A stretch of 60,842 nt of DNA, filler included. It is 6 parts of 6 records of this genome, joined end to end, with 100 filler letters (N's around TTAATTAATTAA, not from the genome) between each part and the next. Parts side by side here need not be neighbours in the genome. Positions count along the whole stretch, not along the records: positions 17,383 to 23,995 come from SRR31156797_18255; positions 24,096 to 29,905 come from SRR31156797_18256; positions 30,006 to 41,329 come from SRR31156797_18261; 3 more parts are not named here. One strand, 5' to 3'. A program made the position numbers and the translations under genes. Under the pieces are notes generated by a model that was given only the letters and a program-made list of their open reading frames with translations, made no database searches and was not told where the DNA came from. Numbering within the stretch: the first letter of the stretch is position 1; each line of letters starts with the position of its first letter. Below are positions 21,666 to 31,330 of this stretch, piece after piece.

Positions 21666-21998
21666 ATGGGCGAAAATCAATTAGGTGTAGATGAAAATAT
21701 AGCAGGAGTAATAGCCTATGCATTGGGTTTTATTACTGGCATACTTTTATTGGTTATTGAGAAGGAGAACAAATTTATACGCTTCCATGCAGCACAGTCC
21801 ACTGTGGTGTTTGGCGGGCTTTTCATATTGAGCATTATTATGGGATTCATACCAATTATTGGATGGTTAATATTGTTGTTTTTGCCCCTTATTGGATTTG
21901 TACTCTGGCTTTACCTGATATTTATGGCATACAAAGGTAACATGTACAGGCTCCCAATCCTTGCAAACTATGCAGACAAACTTGAAGCAATGTTCTAA
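21666..21998 (+). CDS. DUF4870-like three-TM membrane protein, copy 2
   Basis: GVDENIAGVIAY, EKENKFIRFHAAQS, MAYKGNMYRLP; tandem paralog. Confidence 0.82.
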   Translation: MGENQLGVDENIAGVIAYALGFITGILLLVIEKENKFIRFHAAQSTVVFGGLFILSIIMGFIPIIGWLILLFLPLIGFVLWLYLIFMAYKGNMYRLPILANYADKLEAMF

Positions 21999-22081
21999 GA
22001 CACTATTCAACTTTGAGAAAAGAAAGAAATGTTTGCATGCCAACCCGGCATCAAACAATTATTTCTTTATCAGACGAATTA

Positions 22082-23995
22082 TCATATTCCATATATCTCA
22101 GTGCCTTTCTTGACTCTCTCTATATCCCGTTCAATAACTGAAAGCCTGTTCTTGTCAACTTTCATACCTGCAAGGCTCTCAATGAACCAGATTGATTTGA
22201 CATGGTCATCAGGCGTGAGTTTCCAGTCCGGTTTTTCCATATAGAAATCAATGCCATCTGCATAATGTAAAAGTTCTATCCTGATTTGCTCAGTGATCCA
22301 TCCCAGCTCTTCATAATATGAAAGTATGTCAGGAAGATTATTGCGACCCACAAGCTCCATTAAAAATTCAAGCCACTCCATACAAAGCTTCATATTACTT
22401 GAATTCTTGAGAATATTGGAAAGATGGACATTTTGTCCAAAGCCTTTGTGACTCCTGGCGCCCAGCTTCTTGAGCTCAGTTTCAACATATCCAGTAACCG
22501 AATCAATCTTTTCAAGCATATCAGCATCCTTATGCTCAGATTCCTGTTTGAATTCAGAAAATGCAGACGAAGTATTGCCAAGGTTATCAAGAATAGATGA
22601 AATTGATCTTGAAAACTCCATTGATGTTTCCCTGGAACCTTCTTGCACCTTTTCAATTGAACTTATCTTTGATCCGATTTCATCCAGTTTTTCTGAAATC
22701 ATATCAATACGTGCAAAGTTAGATTCATTCTCCTGAAAAGACTCATGCAATTGTACTAGAAGTGCAGTATAAGATTCAACAAGTTCTGAGACACTATCTT
22801 CTACCTTTGACAGACCTGACTTGATTGAAACATTATCGGATTGCAAAACTGAAAGATTTGATTCGAAATCACCAATCTTTATTTCTACGGAACTAAGTTT
22901 CCCTTCAACCTCTCCAAATCTTGAATCTTTGTCGGAAATAACACCTTCATTTGACTTCACAAAAGAAGAGAATGCTGTGTCAAGCTCTGAGATTCTACTG
23001 GAAAAGGCTTGAACCTCTTCCTGAATAGAACTAAAATGTGCATCAACGTTAGTGAGAGTATCTTTAAACTCACCGACATCAGTTTCAAGACTGTTAAATT
23101 TTTCATCAGAACTTTTCTTCATATCCCTTAGTTCTGAATAGAGAGATGATTGTTCAGTTAATTCTTCAGTAACACCAGACGATATATCTTCTGATAATAA
23201 GATCGATTCTCCAATTATAGCTGGAACCTCAGAGGATATTTCTTCTGAAGCGTCAACAAGCTCGTCACCAGTCTCAGGTGCGAGATTATTCTCAACAGGA
23301 ATTATATCCATGATATCTGAATCAGGCAATGATCTTTCAGGTTCATCAAAGAGATCATCATTAATTTCAGGACCCGCAGGAGATTCAAAAGGATCTGCAT
23401 TTTCCATTTCCTCCGCAGGTTTTTCGACAGGAATTACCTCCCTGATGCTATCTTCCTGTTTAACAGGAGATTCAAAAGGATTCACGCTACCTGAAGAAGG
23501 GCCATTCACAGAAGGAGCTACATCCGAAACAGAAGACTCGAAAGGATTTACGCCTGCAGGAGAATCGTTGAAAGAAGGAGATTCAAACGGTGAAGGAGAA
23601 TCACTTTCAAATGGAGAAGAGGATACAGGTGTAGCCTCACCATCCAAACCAGGCATATCCGATGAAGGATCAACCCGCATATCGTCCATTCGCTCAATAA
23701 GACTTTTTCCTTTTGTCAGGTTTTTGAACAAACCCTTTGCAATTGTAGAGATCCCTTCAATATTCCTCTTTAGTGAATCCACGTTTACATTGACTTTGGG
23801 AACCCCAATGTCAGGAAGTGTTTTTCCTGTGTCTTGTCCGACAGTTGGAGTCGACTGTGCAAATGGATTAGCACCAGGACCAGTGGACTCAAAAGGATTT
23901 GCAGCCGGAGATTGATCTTCAAAAGGATTGACACCAGCAGAAATAGAAGCATCAGGGGAAGGAGTTTCAAAAGGATTGACACCAGCGGAAGGAGA
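22082..23995 (-). CDS. Archaellum accessory protein of the FlaD/FlaE (ArlD/E) family, 5'-truncated
   Basis: C-terminal CMEWLEFL...ILSYYEELGWI...KLTPDDHVKSIWFI; long coiled coil; frame open 71 codons upstream of the called GTG, up to the spacer. Confidence 0.85.
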   Translation of the reverse strand, partial: SPSAGVNPFETPSPDASISAGVNPFEDQSPAANPFESTGPGANPFAQSTPTVGQDTGKTLPDIGVPKVNVNVDSLKRNIEGISTIAKGLFKNLTKGKSLIERMDDMRVDPSSDMPGLDGEATPVSSSPFESDSPSPFESPSFNDSPAGVNPFESSVSDVAPSVNGPSSGSVNPFESPVKQEDSIREVIPVEKPAEEMENADPFESPAGPEINDDLFDEPERSLPDSDIMDIIPVENNLAPETGDELVDASEEISSEVPAIIGESILLSEDISSGVTEELTEQSSLYSELRDMKKSSDEKFNSLETDVGEFKDTLTNVDAHFSSIQEEVQAFSSRISELDTAFSSFVKSNEGVISDKDSRFGEVEGKLSSVEIKIGDFESNLSVLQSDNVSIKSGLSKVEDSVSELVESYTALLVQLHESFQENESNFARIDMISEKLDEIGSKISSIEKVQEGSRETSMEFSRSISSILDNLGNTSSAFSEFKQESEHKDADMLEKIDSVTGYVETELKKLGARSHKGFGQNVHLSNILKNSSNMKLCMEWLEFLMELVGRNNLPDILSYYEELGWITEQIRIELLHYADGIDFYMEKPDWKLTPDDHVKSIWFIESLAGMKVDKNRLSVIERDIERVKKGTEIYGI

Positions 23996-24095
23996 NNNNN
24001 NNNNNNNNNNNNNNNNNNNNNNNNNNNNNNNNNNNNNNNTTAATTAATTAANNNNNNNNNNNNNNNNNNNNNNNNNNNNNNNNNNNNNNNNNNNN
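23996..24095. other. Artificial contig spacer
   Basis: N44-TTAATTAATTAA-N44. Confidence 0.99.
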
Positions 24096-24705
24096 GATAA
24101 CTTGAAGAATCAGCGTCTTTAAAGAAATTTAATCCGGCTTTGTAACTTATCCTGAAGTAGCTGTTATCATCATCAAGGTAAAAGTATTCTCCAGTCTCAA
24201 AACCTATAGCCGGACCTCTAAGATAGTGAAGACGTTCATTGATACCATGGAGATAGCTTGCATTAATATTAAAATACCAGCTCATGTTATCTGAATGATT
24301 GTAGAAGATCTCAAGATCTAGAAGGGCATCCGCGTAGTAGGCGACAATATCCTTAAAATCATAAGTGTAAAAACCACCAGCCGCAAAAACAGTAAAATCA
24401 ATATCTCCGACTGAATGGAACCACATGAGACTTGCTTCAAAACTTAGATCTGAATGACTCCATTCATCAGAATGTTTTGCATTCATATAAGCTGAAAGAC
24501 CTATAGTGAAATCGTAAATATCAAGATTAAAAGAAAGGTCGGAAATGATCTCAGACGTTCCTTTTCGTTGTGTTGAATCTTTACTTAAGGACGGAAGATA
24601 AGAGTCATAACCGCCACCAGCTGAAACACTGCCGTAAAAATCTACATCTTTTGCTGTGATCGTAAAAGATAGAAGGAAAACCAGTGTGAAAAAAAGCTTT
24701 TTCAT
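24096..24705 (-). CDS. Secreted, probable outer-membrane beta-barrel protein, 3'-truncated
   Basis: Sec signal peptide; alternating aromatic/polar strands (GGGYDS, FNLDIY, WYFNINASY). Confidence 0.55.
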
Positions 24706-24974
24706 ACTTTACACCCGCCTTTTCTGCCTTTTCTCTTCTTTTTTCTGCGCTCTCTTTTCTTTTCATTCCGTCGTTCTTTTTTGCGTTTTTCCGCTTTTGA
24801 ACTATCCGGTTTTTTTTCTTCTTTCTTTGTTTTTTCAGACTTCTTTTTTTTATCTACCTGTTTTTGTCCGGTTGAGGTTTCAGATTTTGGTGCAATCTGA
24901 TCAGTATCAGGTGTTTCGGCAGCAGAAAGTTGAAAGCTCAGAGCAACGATAAAACTCAAAAAAAAGTATTTCAT
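24702..24974 (-). CDS. Small secreted Lys/Arg-rich protein
   Basis: Signal peptide (LSA-AE), polybasic tail, RBS GGAGG, ATGA overlap with the next gene. Confidence 0.65.
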   Translation of the reverse strand: MKYFFLSFIVALSFQLSAAETPDTDQIAPKSETSTGQKQVDKKKKSEKTKKEEKKPDSSKAEKRKKERRNEKKRERRKKKRKGRKGGCKV

Positions 24975-24990
24975 AGTTCCTCCGGAAAGA

Positions 24991-25842
24991 TTAATTTTCT
25001 AATAATTTATAGATTAACCTGAGGTTGTTTTCAAGTTTTGTTGATTCAAGTGCCTGTAAAAGGTCCGGCATTGAGCTTTCATAACTTTTTAAAACCATGT
25101 TCTTAAGGTTTTCTTTCCTGGAATACAGTACTGATGAAACAAGGCATTTAGTTAGAGGGACGGGTCTGAATCCCATTGAGAGTAAAAGGAAAAATCGTTT
25201 TGAAGACCAGGTTAGAACAGTTGATCCTTTTTCTATTTTTGAAACATCAGATATGAGTTTTGATCTTTTTCCAAGTAAGCCTTTTATGTCTGAAATAGAA
25301 TTGCTGGTTCCTGATCCATTGTATGGTCTTACCGGAGCACAGATCGTGACAGGTTTATGTCTTTTATCTAAAGTAGAAAGCACACGAATGATATTCCTAC
25401 TTAAAATATAAAGCGATCTATAAAACTTAAGATATTCATGAGGAATAGTTTCAGGCGGCATATCAATAGCTAGATCATAAGAAGGTTCAGGGATGGTAGA
25501 GTTTATTTGTGAAAATGGAATGCTGTTACTCAACTGGTCTTTATTAAATCCTATGTCTAAATTTCCCTTGGCGATATTAATATGTTCTGTGTCAAACCTT
25601 CCAAAAGATAAAAAATCTACTCTGTTAGTAAAAAGAAGCTTTTTCAGATCAAAGGATGATGCCTCATAAGTATCCTCAATAAAGAGCACGTCACGGCCGA
25701 TCTTTGATATCATTTTTTCATGTTCACCATCACCGACATTAACTATTGAGCTTGAAAGCCCATTTTCTGCAAGAGTTCTTTTAACTTCTTTGTGGTCATG
25801 TGTTTTGTCGCTTTGGGATATGATGTATATCTTCCTCTTCAT
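24991..25842 (-). CDS. Hypothetical protein (weak GT-B/capsule-biosynthesis-like C-terminus)
   Basis: Long ORF; VLTWSS...LSMGFRPVPL loosely like GT-B C-terminal motifs; start uncertain. Confidence 0.5.
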   Translation of the reverse strand: MKRKIYIISQSDKTHDHKEVKRTLAENGLSSSIVNVGDGEHEKMISKIGRDVLFIEDTYEASSFDLKKLLFTNRVDFLSFGRFDTEHINIAKGNLDIGFNKDQLSNSIPFSQINSTIPEPSYDLAIDMPPETIPHEYLKFYRSLYILSRNIIRVLSTLDKRHKPVTICAPVRPYNGSGTSNSISDIKGLLGKRSKLISDVSKIEKGSTVLTWSSKRFFLLLSMGFRPVPLTKCLVSSVLYSRKENLKNMVLKSYESSMPDLLQALESTKLENNLRLIYKLLEN

Positions 25843-25963
25843 GATCGGGATAATAACACTCACAAAGAGCAAATCAACTAAAATCGTACCGGGAAACTAT
25901 TTAAAATTGCCTTAACGTCATTTGACCATATAATCCAAGACGGCGTTATAGAGGTTGAGGTTC

Positions 25964-26887
25964 ATGCTCGAAGATAGGATAAATACTGTTAATCACTACA
26001 TGAAGAAAAAATTTGGACGGAGAGTTGTCCGAATATCTTTTGATACAGGTTTTGATTGTCCGTGGGGAGACTGTGTTTTCTGCAAAAACTCATCATTTTC
26101 TCCCAAAACGTCTGTAAATATGAAAAATGAGACCTGGTTTTCAGATCTTAAGAAAAACAGGGACTTTCTGACAAAAAGATACAAAACATCACTTTTCTCT
26201 GTTTATTTTCAGAGTGGAACATCGACTTTTGGTCCGGAAGAAGTGCTAAAGGATTTTTATAAGAAGGCCGTAATTGATGAGAGTATTGTGTCATTTATTC
26301 TTTCAACACGTCCTGATCATATTGATAAAGAGAAAATTGAAATGATACTGGGATCTGTTCCTGAGAGGATAGATGAGATCTGGATAGAACTGGGTCTGCA
26401 GAGTGTTAGTGACAGCTCTTTGTCTTGGCTAAAAAGAGGTCATGATAAGCAGAGCTATTTTTCTGCGCTTGAAATAATAAAGAAATATGGTGGTGACAGA
26501 ATAAAAGTAGCTCCTCATATAATTCTCGGAATTCCGGGAGAGAACTATGAAGATATGGAAAAAACGGTGCTTGAAAGTGTTGACCATCCTGTAGTTAAAG
26601 GGTTAAAGTTTCATCATCTTCAAGTCCATAAAGGAACAGAGCTTGAAAAAATGTATGATGAACAGAACTTCGAACTTTTTACAGCAGAGAATTATATAGA
26701 AACTGTTTCAAGAATAATTTCGGTAATTCCTAATGAAATAGTACTTTTCAGATTGTTCACTACAACACCGGCAACCCACTTAGTTGCGCCGAAATGGAAT
26801 ATGACTACCCAGGAAGCACTTCAAAAACTTGAAGAACGCCTGATTGTAAATAAAATAAAACAAGGATGTAGAAGGGGGATGACATGA
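25964..26887 (+). CDS. TIGR01212 (YhcC-like) radical SAM protein
   Basis: DTGFDCPWGDCVFC, YFQSGTSTF, STRPD, WIELGLQS, HIILGIPGE, LKFHHL, APKW. Confidence 0.88.
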   Translation: MLEDRINTVNHYMKKKFGRRVVRISFDTGFDCPWGDCVFCKNSSFSPKTSVNMKNETWFSDLKKNRDFLTKRYKTSLFSVYFQSGTSTFGPEEVLKDFYKKAVIDESIVSFILSTRPDHIDKEKIEMILGSVPERIDEIWIELGLQSVSDSSLSWLKRGHDKQSYFSALEIIKKYGGDRIKVAPHIILGIPGENYEDMEKTVLESVDHPVVKGLKFHHLQVHKGTELEKMYDEQNFELFTAENYIETVSRIISVIPNEIVLFRLFTTTPATHLVAPKWNMTTQEALQKLEERLIVNKIKQGCRRGMT

Positions 26888-27186
26888 ATACACTTACCGG
26901 AAAACAAAAATCGTATTTAAGAGGACTGGCGCACAGTTTAAACCCGGTTGTTCAAATTGGAAAGAACGGGCTTACAGATTCAGTTCTGGAACAGATCAAC
27001 GAAGCATTGGCTAGACATGAACTTATAAAATTAAAGTTTATTGACTGGAAAGATGAGAAAAAAGAAATTGCTCAGAAAATATCTGAAAAACTAAAATGTG
27101 AGATCTGCGGATCGATCGGTCACATCTTTATTCTGTATAAACAGAACAGAGATCCGGAACAGAGAAAGGTTAAATTAAAAAATTGA
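26884..27186 (+). CDS. yhbY: RNA-binding CRM-domain protein YhbY
   Basis: LTGKQKSYLRGLAHSLNPVVQIGKNG, HELIK, IGH...LY. Confidence 0.93.
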   Translation: MNTLTGKQKSYLRGLAHSLNPVVQIGKNGLTDSVLEQINEALARHELIKLKFIDWKDEKKEIAQKISEKLKCEICGSIGHIFILYKQNRDPEQRKVKLKN

Positions 27187-27193
27187 GGTTCTA

Positions 27194-28102
27194 ATGCTTG
27201 TTTCAGTCTTTATTCCTTTTGCAAATGAAGAAGGCAATATCAAAGAACTTGTTGAAAGAGTTGAAAGGGGATGTGAAAAAGCCGCAGTTGAATACGAGTT
27301 GATCTTTGTTGATGATGGATCTACAGACAGCAGCTACGTTGTTGCAAAAGAAGCTGCAGCACATAGAGACTGGATAAAAGTATACAGACATCAGAGAAAC
27401 AAGGGCCTAACTGAGGCAATGATAACAGGGTTTAGCAAATGTAAGGGTGAAATAATCATTTTCCTTCCTGCAGACCTTGAATCTTATCCAGATGAAGATA
27501 TTCCAGTTTTAATAAACGGATTTAAGCCGGGAATTGATATCGTTTGCGGAAATAGGGTTGGAAGACGTGAGCTTAAGGTTTTTCTTTCAAGAATATATAA
27601 TGATATCAGTAACTTCCTTTTTGGAATGAAGCTGAATGATCTAAACTGGATCAAAGCTTTTAGGAGAGATTGTCTTAAAGATCTCGAACTTAGAAGCGAC
27701 TGGCATAGATTTATTGTTCCTATTCTACATGAGAAAGGTTACAAAGCCGTTGAGGTGCCTGTAAAGTGGCATAAGAGAAAGAGCGGAAAAAGTCATTTTG
27801 GATTAAAAAGGATTCCCATCTCATTTTTTGATGCTCTTGCTGTTAAGTTTGTTCTTACCTTTACAAAAGCTCCAATGAGAATCTTCGGGGCAATGGGGTT
27901 TTTGCAACTGTTTCTTTCTGTAATAATTGTCGGCTGGTTACTTTATGCTCAATTCATTCTGGGAGAAAGTGTTTTTAGAGTTAGACCTATTTTATATTTC
28001 TCTGTTGCTCTTTTTCTCTCGGGACTCATTTTTGTTTTTATGGGTTTCCTGGCTGAGCTAGTTGTTAGTCTTAGAGATGAAATAAGAAAGAAGAAGGAGT
28101 GA
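27194..28102 (+). CDS. GT2 glycosyltransferase (ArnC/DPM-synthase-like) with two C-terminal TMs
   Basis: IPFANEEGNI, FVDDGSTD, ADL, WHRFI, HKRKSGKSHFG. Confidence 0.9.
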   Translation: MLVSVFIPFANEEGNIKELVERVERGCEKAAVEYELIFVDDGSTDSSYVVAKEAAAHRDWIKVYRHQRNKGLTEAMITGFSKCKGEIIIFLPADLESYPDEDIPVLINGFKPGIDIVCGNRVGRRELKVFLSRIYNDISNFLFGMKLNDLNWIKAFRRDCLKDLELRSDWHRFIVPILHEKGYKAVEVPVKWHKRKSGKSHFGLKRIPISFFDALAVKFVLTFTKAPMRIFGAMGFLQLFLSVIIVGWLLYAQFILGESVFRVRPILYFSVALFLSGLIFVFMGFLAELVVSLRDEIRKKKE

Positions 28103-28106
28103 TGTT

Positions 28107-28994
28107 ATGAAAAAATTATCAACAGTTATTTCTATTATACTTCTCTTACTTTTAATCTGGCCTTTTATTAAAGTGAGAAGTCACCTTATAGAAAATGAAA
28201 GACCTGTAGTTGAAACAATTGAAGCATATCCTCAGCCTGATTTTGCTAAGGTCATGTTTTTAGGATACAACGCTTTCGCTGCAGACTTGCTCCTCACAAG
28301 GGCTCAATATTATTATGGAAGTCATTATGTTACAGATCACACATATACTCTACTTAATGAAATGACAAGAGTTATAATGGCTCTTAACCCTGATCTGAAA
28401 TTTGTTATTAAATTCGCTGAAGCAGCTATTTCATCAATGAAAACAGAAGCTGCGATTGATTCAGCAAACTCACTTTTACGACTCGGTGAGGAACTATTTC
28501 CTGATGATTATTTTTTTGTTTTTAATCAGGGCTATAATTATTATGTCTTTTTAAATGACATGGAGCTTGCCTTTCCACTTATGTATAAAGGAGCAAGGAT
28601 GAAGGGAGCCCCTGAAAACCTTTTTTGGCTTGTGTCTAGAGTTGCATCCATGGGTGGTGGTTATAGGTTAGGTTATGAATATACAAAAGAAAAAATTAAA
28701 AACAATAAAGACAAGAACCTTCTGCACCATTTAGAAAATGAGATGAAGCATTTTGAAACCCTACTTTTTTTAACTACAAAGATCGATGAGTATTATAAAA
28801 GATTTGGGGAATATCCTGATAAAGAATTAAAAAAGCTCGTAAGCTCAGGGATCTTAAAAGAAATTCCTGAAGATGTTTACGGAGGAGTGTACTATTATGA
28901 CCTTAAAGTGGGGATCGTAAAGACAACTTCAGAAGGAAACCCGGGCTATAGAAAACAACAGGAAGAAAAAATGAAAAAGTCGCAAGGATCTTAA
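28107..28994 (+). CDS. Membrane-anchored TPR-like protein resembling deltaproteobacterial pilin-locus accessory proteins
   Basis: N-terminal TM, LGYNAFAADLLL.RA.YYYG, helical repeats, C-terminal LV..G.L..IPEDVYGGVY. Confidence 0.5.
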   Translation: MKKLSTVISIILLLLLIWPFIKVRSHLIENERPVVETIEAYPQPDFAKVMFLGYNAFAADLLLTRAQYYYGSHYVTDHTYTLLNEMTRVIMALNPDLKFVIKFAEAAISSMKTEAAIDSANSLLRLGEELFPDDYFFVFNQGYNYYVFLNDMELAFPLMYKGARMKGAPENLFWLVSRVASMGGGYRLGYEYTKEKIKNNKDKNLLHHLENEMKHFETLLFLTTKIDEYYKRFGEYPDKELKKLVSSGILKEIPEDVYGGVYYYDLKVGIVKTTSEGNPGYRKQQEEKMKKSQGS

Positions 28995-29176
28995 CTGCGC
29001 ATAAAGTTTCAACTGTAAAATAATATCACACTGTTAAAAAACGCAACATTTTAAAAAAGAAAAAGCTCTATACATAGGAAGGTGTATAATAATATTACAC
29101 TGGTCTCGTCTTGTGGTTTCATTGGGTTTGTCTTGAAACGCTATAAAAGTTAAGGTGTTAAGGTTTTATGGCCTGA

Positions 29177-29192
29177 TGGCACAGAGTTTGCA
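29177..29192 (+). promoter_or_regulatory. Sigma54 (-24/-12) promoter
   Basis: TGGCAC-AGAGT-TTGCA, exact consensus and spacing. Confidence 0.75.
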
Positions 29193-29207
29193 ATATATAG
29201 CTCGTAT

Positions 29208-29229
29208 ATGATTTTTGATAATCATTTTT
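29208..29229. promoter_or_regulatory. Fur/PerR-box-like operator
   Basis: Inverted repeat ATGATT-N6-AATCAT; 29211-29229 matches GATAATGATAATCATTATC at 13/19; lies upstream of a fur-family gene. Confidence 0.55.
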
Positions 29230-29251
29230 GTTACCATTTTCGAGGTTGATC

Positions 29252-29461
29252 ATGTGGATTAACAGAAAAAATAAAGATTTTAAAACAAGAACAATTCATA
29301 AGGGTGCTTTTAAAGATGTGCCTTTGGAAGACTGCCGTGAAAAGCGACTTCTATCTTTCTTTAATCTGACTGAAAGCTTTGAGTGCTTTATATCTGTGGG
29401 AGCGGAAGTAGTCAATGTCGAGAAGGGTGGAGTTGCTATTCACGGTACATATTTAGCATGA
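29252..29461 (+). CDS. Small hypothetical protein translationally coupled to fur
   Basis: RBS GAGGT before ATG 29252; stop overlaps the fur start (ATGA). Confidence 0.6.
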   Translation: MWINRKNKDFKTRTIHKGAFKDVPLEDCREKRLLSFFNLTESFECFISVGAEVVNVEKGGVAIHGTYLA

Positions 29462-29877
29462 GCAGTCATATCAAAAGTGAAATACTGAAGATGCTTAGAT
29501 CTTCTAACGTTCATCTTACTGCCGATCAGATCTATTTAAAGCTTAAGGATATATTTCCAAGAGTTAGTCTTGCGTCAATTTATAGAAATCTTGAATCTCT
29601 TTGCAGAAGTGGGGATGCGGGAAAGATCTCTGTTGAAGGAAAGGCTGCGCGATATGAGTCCTGGAAAGGGGATCATTATCATATTCACTGCAGAGAATGT
29701 GGCAGAATTGAAGATGTTGCCCTTGACAATTCTTTGATGAAAGAACTTAGTAAGATCAGCTTGTTACATGGTTATAGATCAACATCTCTAAAAATTGACT
29801 TTTTTGGTGTATGTGATACCTGTAGTAAGGATAACGAGAATAGTAATAATAAAGTTTCGGACTTTGATAACGGATAG
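29458..29877 (+). CDS. fur: Fur/PerR family regulator
   Basis: HLTADQIY, VSLASIYRNL, HYHIHCRECG, GVCDTC; start ATG 29458. Confidence 0.9.
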   Translation: MSSHIKSEILKMLRSSNVHLTADQIYLKLKDIFPRVSLASIYRNLESLCRSGDAGKISVEGKAARYESWKGDHYHIHCRECGRIEDVALDNSLMKELSKISLLHGYRSTSLKIDFFGVCDTCSKDNENSNNKVSDFDNG

Positions 29878-29905
29878 CTTTTTTTAAATTTATGGAGGAA
29901 TTTTA

Positions 29906-30005
29906 NNNNNNNNNNNNNNNNNNNNNNNNNNNNNNNNNNNNNNNNNNNNTTAATTAATTAANNNNNNNNNNNNNNNNNNNNNNNNNNNNNNNNNNNNNNN
30001 NNNNN
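29906..30005. other. Artificial contig spacer
   Basis: N44-TTAATTAATTAA-N44. Confidence 0.99.
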
Positions 30006-31330
30006 TGCATCGTCACCATTCACAAAACCAGTATAACTTACCGTAAATTCAGGATTAGCCTCTCCGTAGGTCTTGTTTTTATCATCAGCAGTTACTGTGA
30101 GTTCAGTTTTTTGAATGTTTAAAGTGGCATTCACATAGTTAAAATTGTAATTTTCATCAATACCTCCCGAGACAGTAATATCTACTTCTCCGGCATTTGT
30201 TAAAGCATTAGCAGTGGATGAAGCGACAGGTTCTGTATCAAGTACACTTGCATCTTCGCCATTCACAAAACCGGAATAATTGAAAGTAAAAGCGGGATTA
30301 TCATCTCCATAGTTTTTACTTGCGTTATTTGCAGTTACGACAAGTTCTGCTTTGTTGATGCTAAGAGTACCATTTTTATTAATAAAGCTGTAATTGTCAG
30401 CTTCCCCTCCGGTTAAAGTGATATCGGCTGCACCTGCACTTGTAGTTGTGTTGGCAGCTGAACTGATTGTTGGTTCGGCAGTTAAGGCAGTAACATCTTC
30501 ACCATTTACAAAGCCAGAATAACTTTTTGTAAAGGAAGGATTGGCATCCCCATAAGTTTTATTTTTATCATCAGCAGTAACTGTAAGTATTGCTTTATTG
30601 ATTACTAAAGTTCCATTTACATAGGTGAAGTTGTAGTTGTTCGATACTCCTCCAGAGACCGGAATTAGGCTTGATCCAACACCTGTAAATGCGTTCGCAC
30701 TTGAATTGGCAGTTGGAAGAATGCTAAAGACACTTGCATCTTCACCATTCACAAAACCTGAATAGCTTATCGTTAACTCAGGATTACTTTCACCATAAAT
30801 CTTGCTTTTATCATCAGCTGTTACCGTAAGTTCAGTTTTTTGAATGCTTAAAGTGGCATTCACATACTCAAAACTGTAATTGTTATCGGTACCTCCTGAG
30901 ACTGTAATATCTATTTCTCCGACATTTGTTGTGGCATCAGCAATAGACGAAACGGTAGGTTCTGTAGTGAGTACGCTTGCATTCTCGTCATTTACAAAGC
31001 CTGAATAGTTGAAAGTAAAAGCAGGATTCTCATCACCATAGTTTTTATTCGCATCATTTGCAGTAACAATAAGTTCTGCTTTGTTGATGCTTAAAGTTCC
31101 GTTTTCATTATTAAAGCTGTAGTTGTCAGCTTCGCCTCCGGTTAGGGTAATGGTAGTTGAACCTGCATCAGTAGTTTCGTTGGCAGTAGAACTGATTGTT
31201 GGTTCGGCAGTTAAAGCAGAAACATCTTCACCATTTACAAAGCCACTGTAGCTTTTTGTTAAGGCAGGATTGGCATCCCCATAGATTTTACTTTTATTAT
31301 CAGCACTTACAGTTAATATTGCTTTATTGA
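30006..31330 (-). repeat. Coding tandem repeats (81-aa MBG units in a 729-nt three-unit super-repeat)
   Basis: GCTTTATTG at 31321 and 30592, GCTTTGTTGATG at 31078 and 30349 (both 729 nt apart). Confidence 0.85.

Noticed and set aside
1-23995. Pyrrolysine (UAG) read-through genes in the methanogen contigs
   Set aside because: No recognised gene appears split at an in-frame TAG, and no methylamine methyltransferase or pyl genes were seen.
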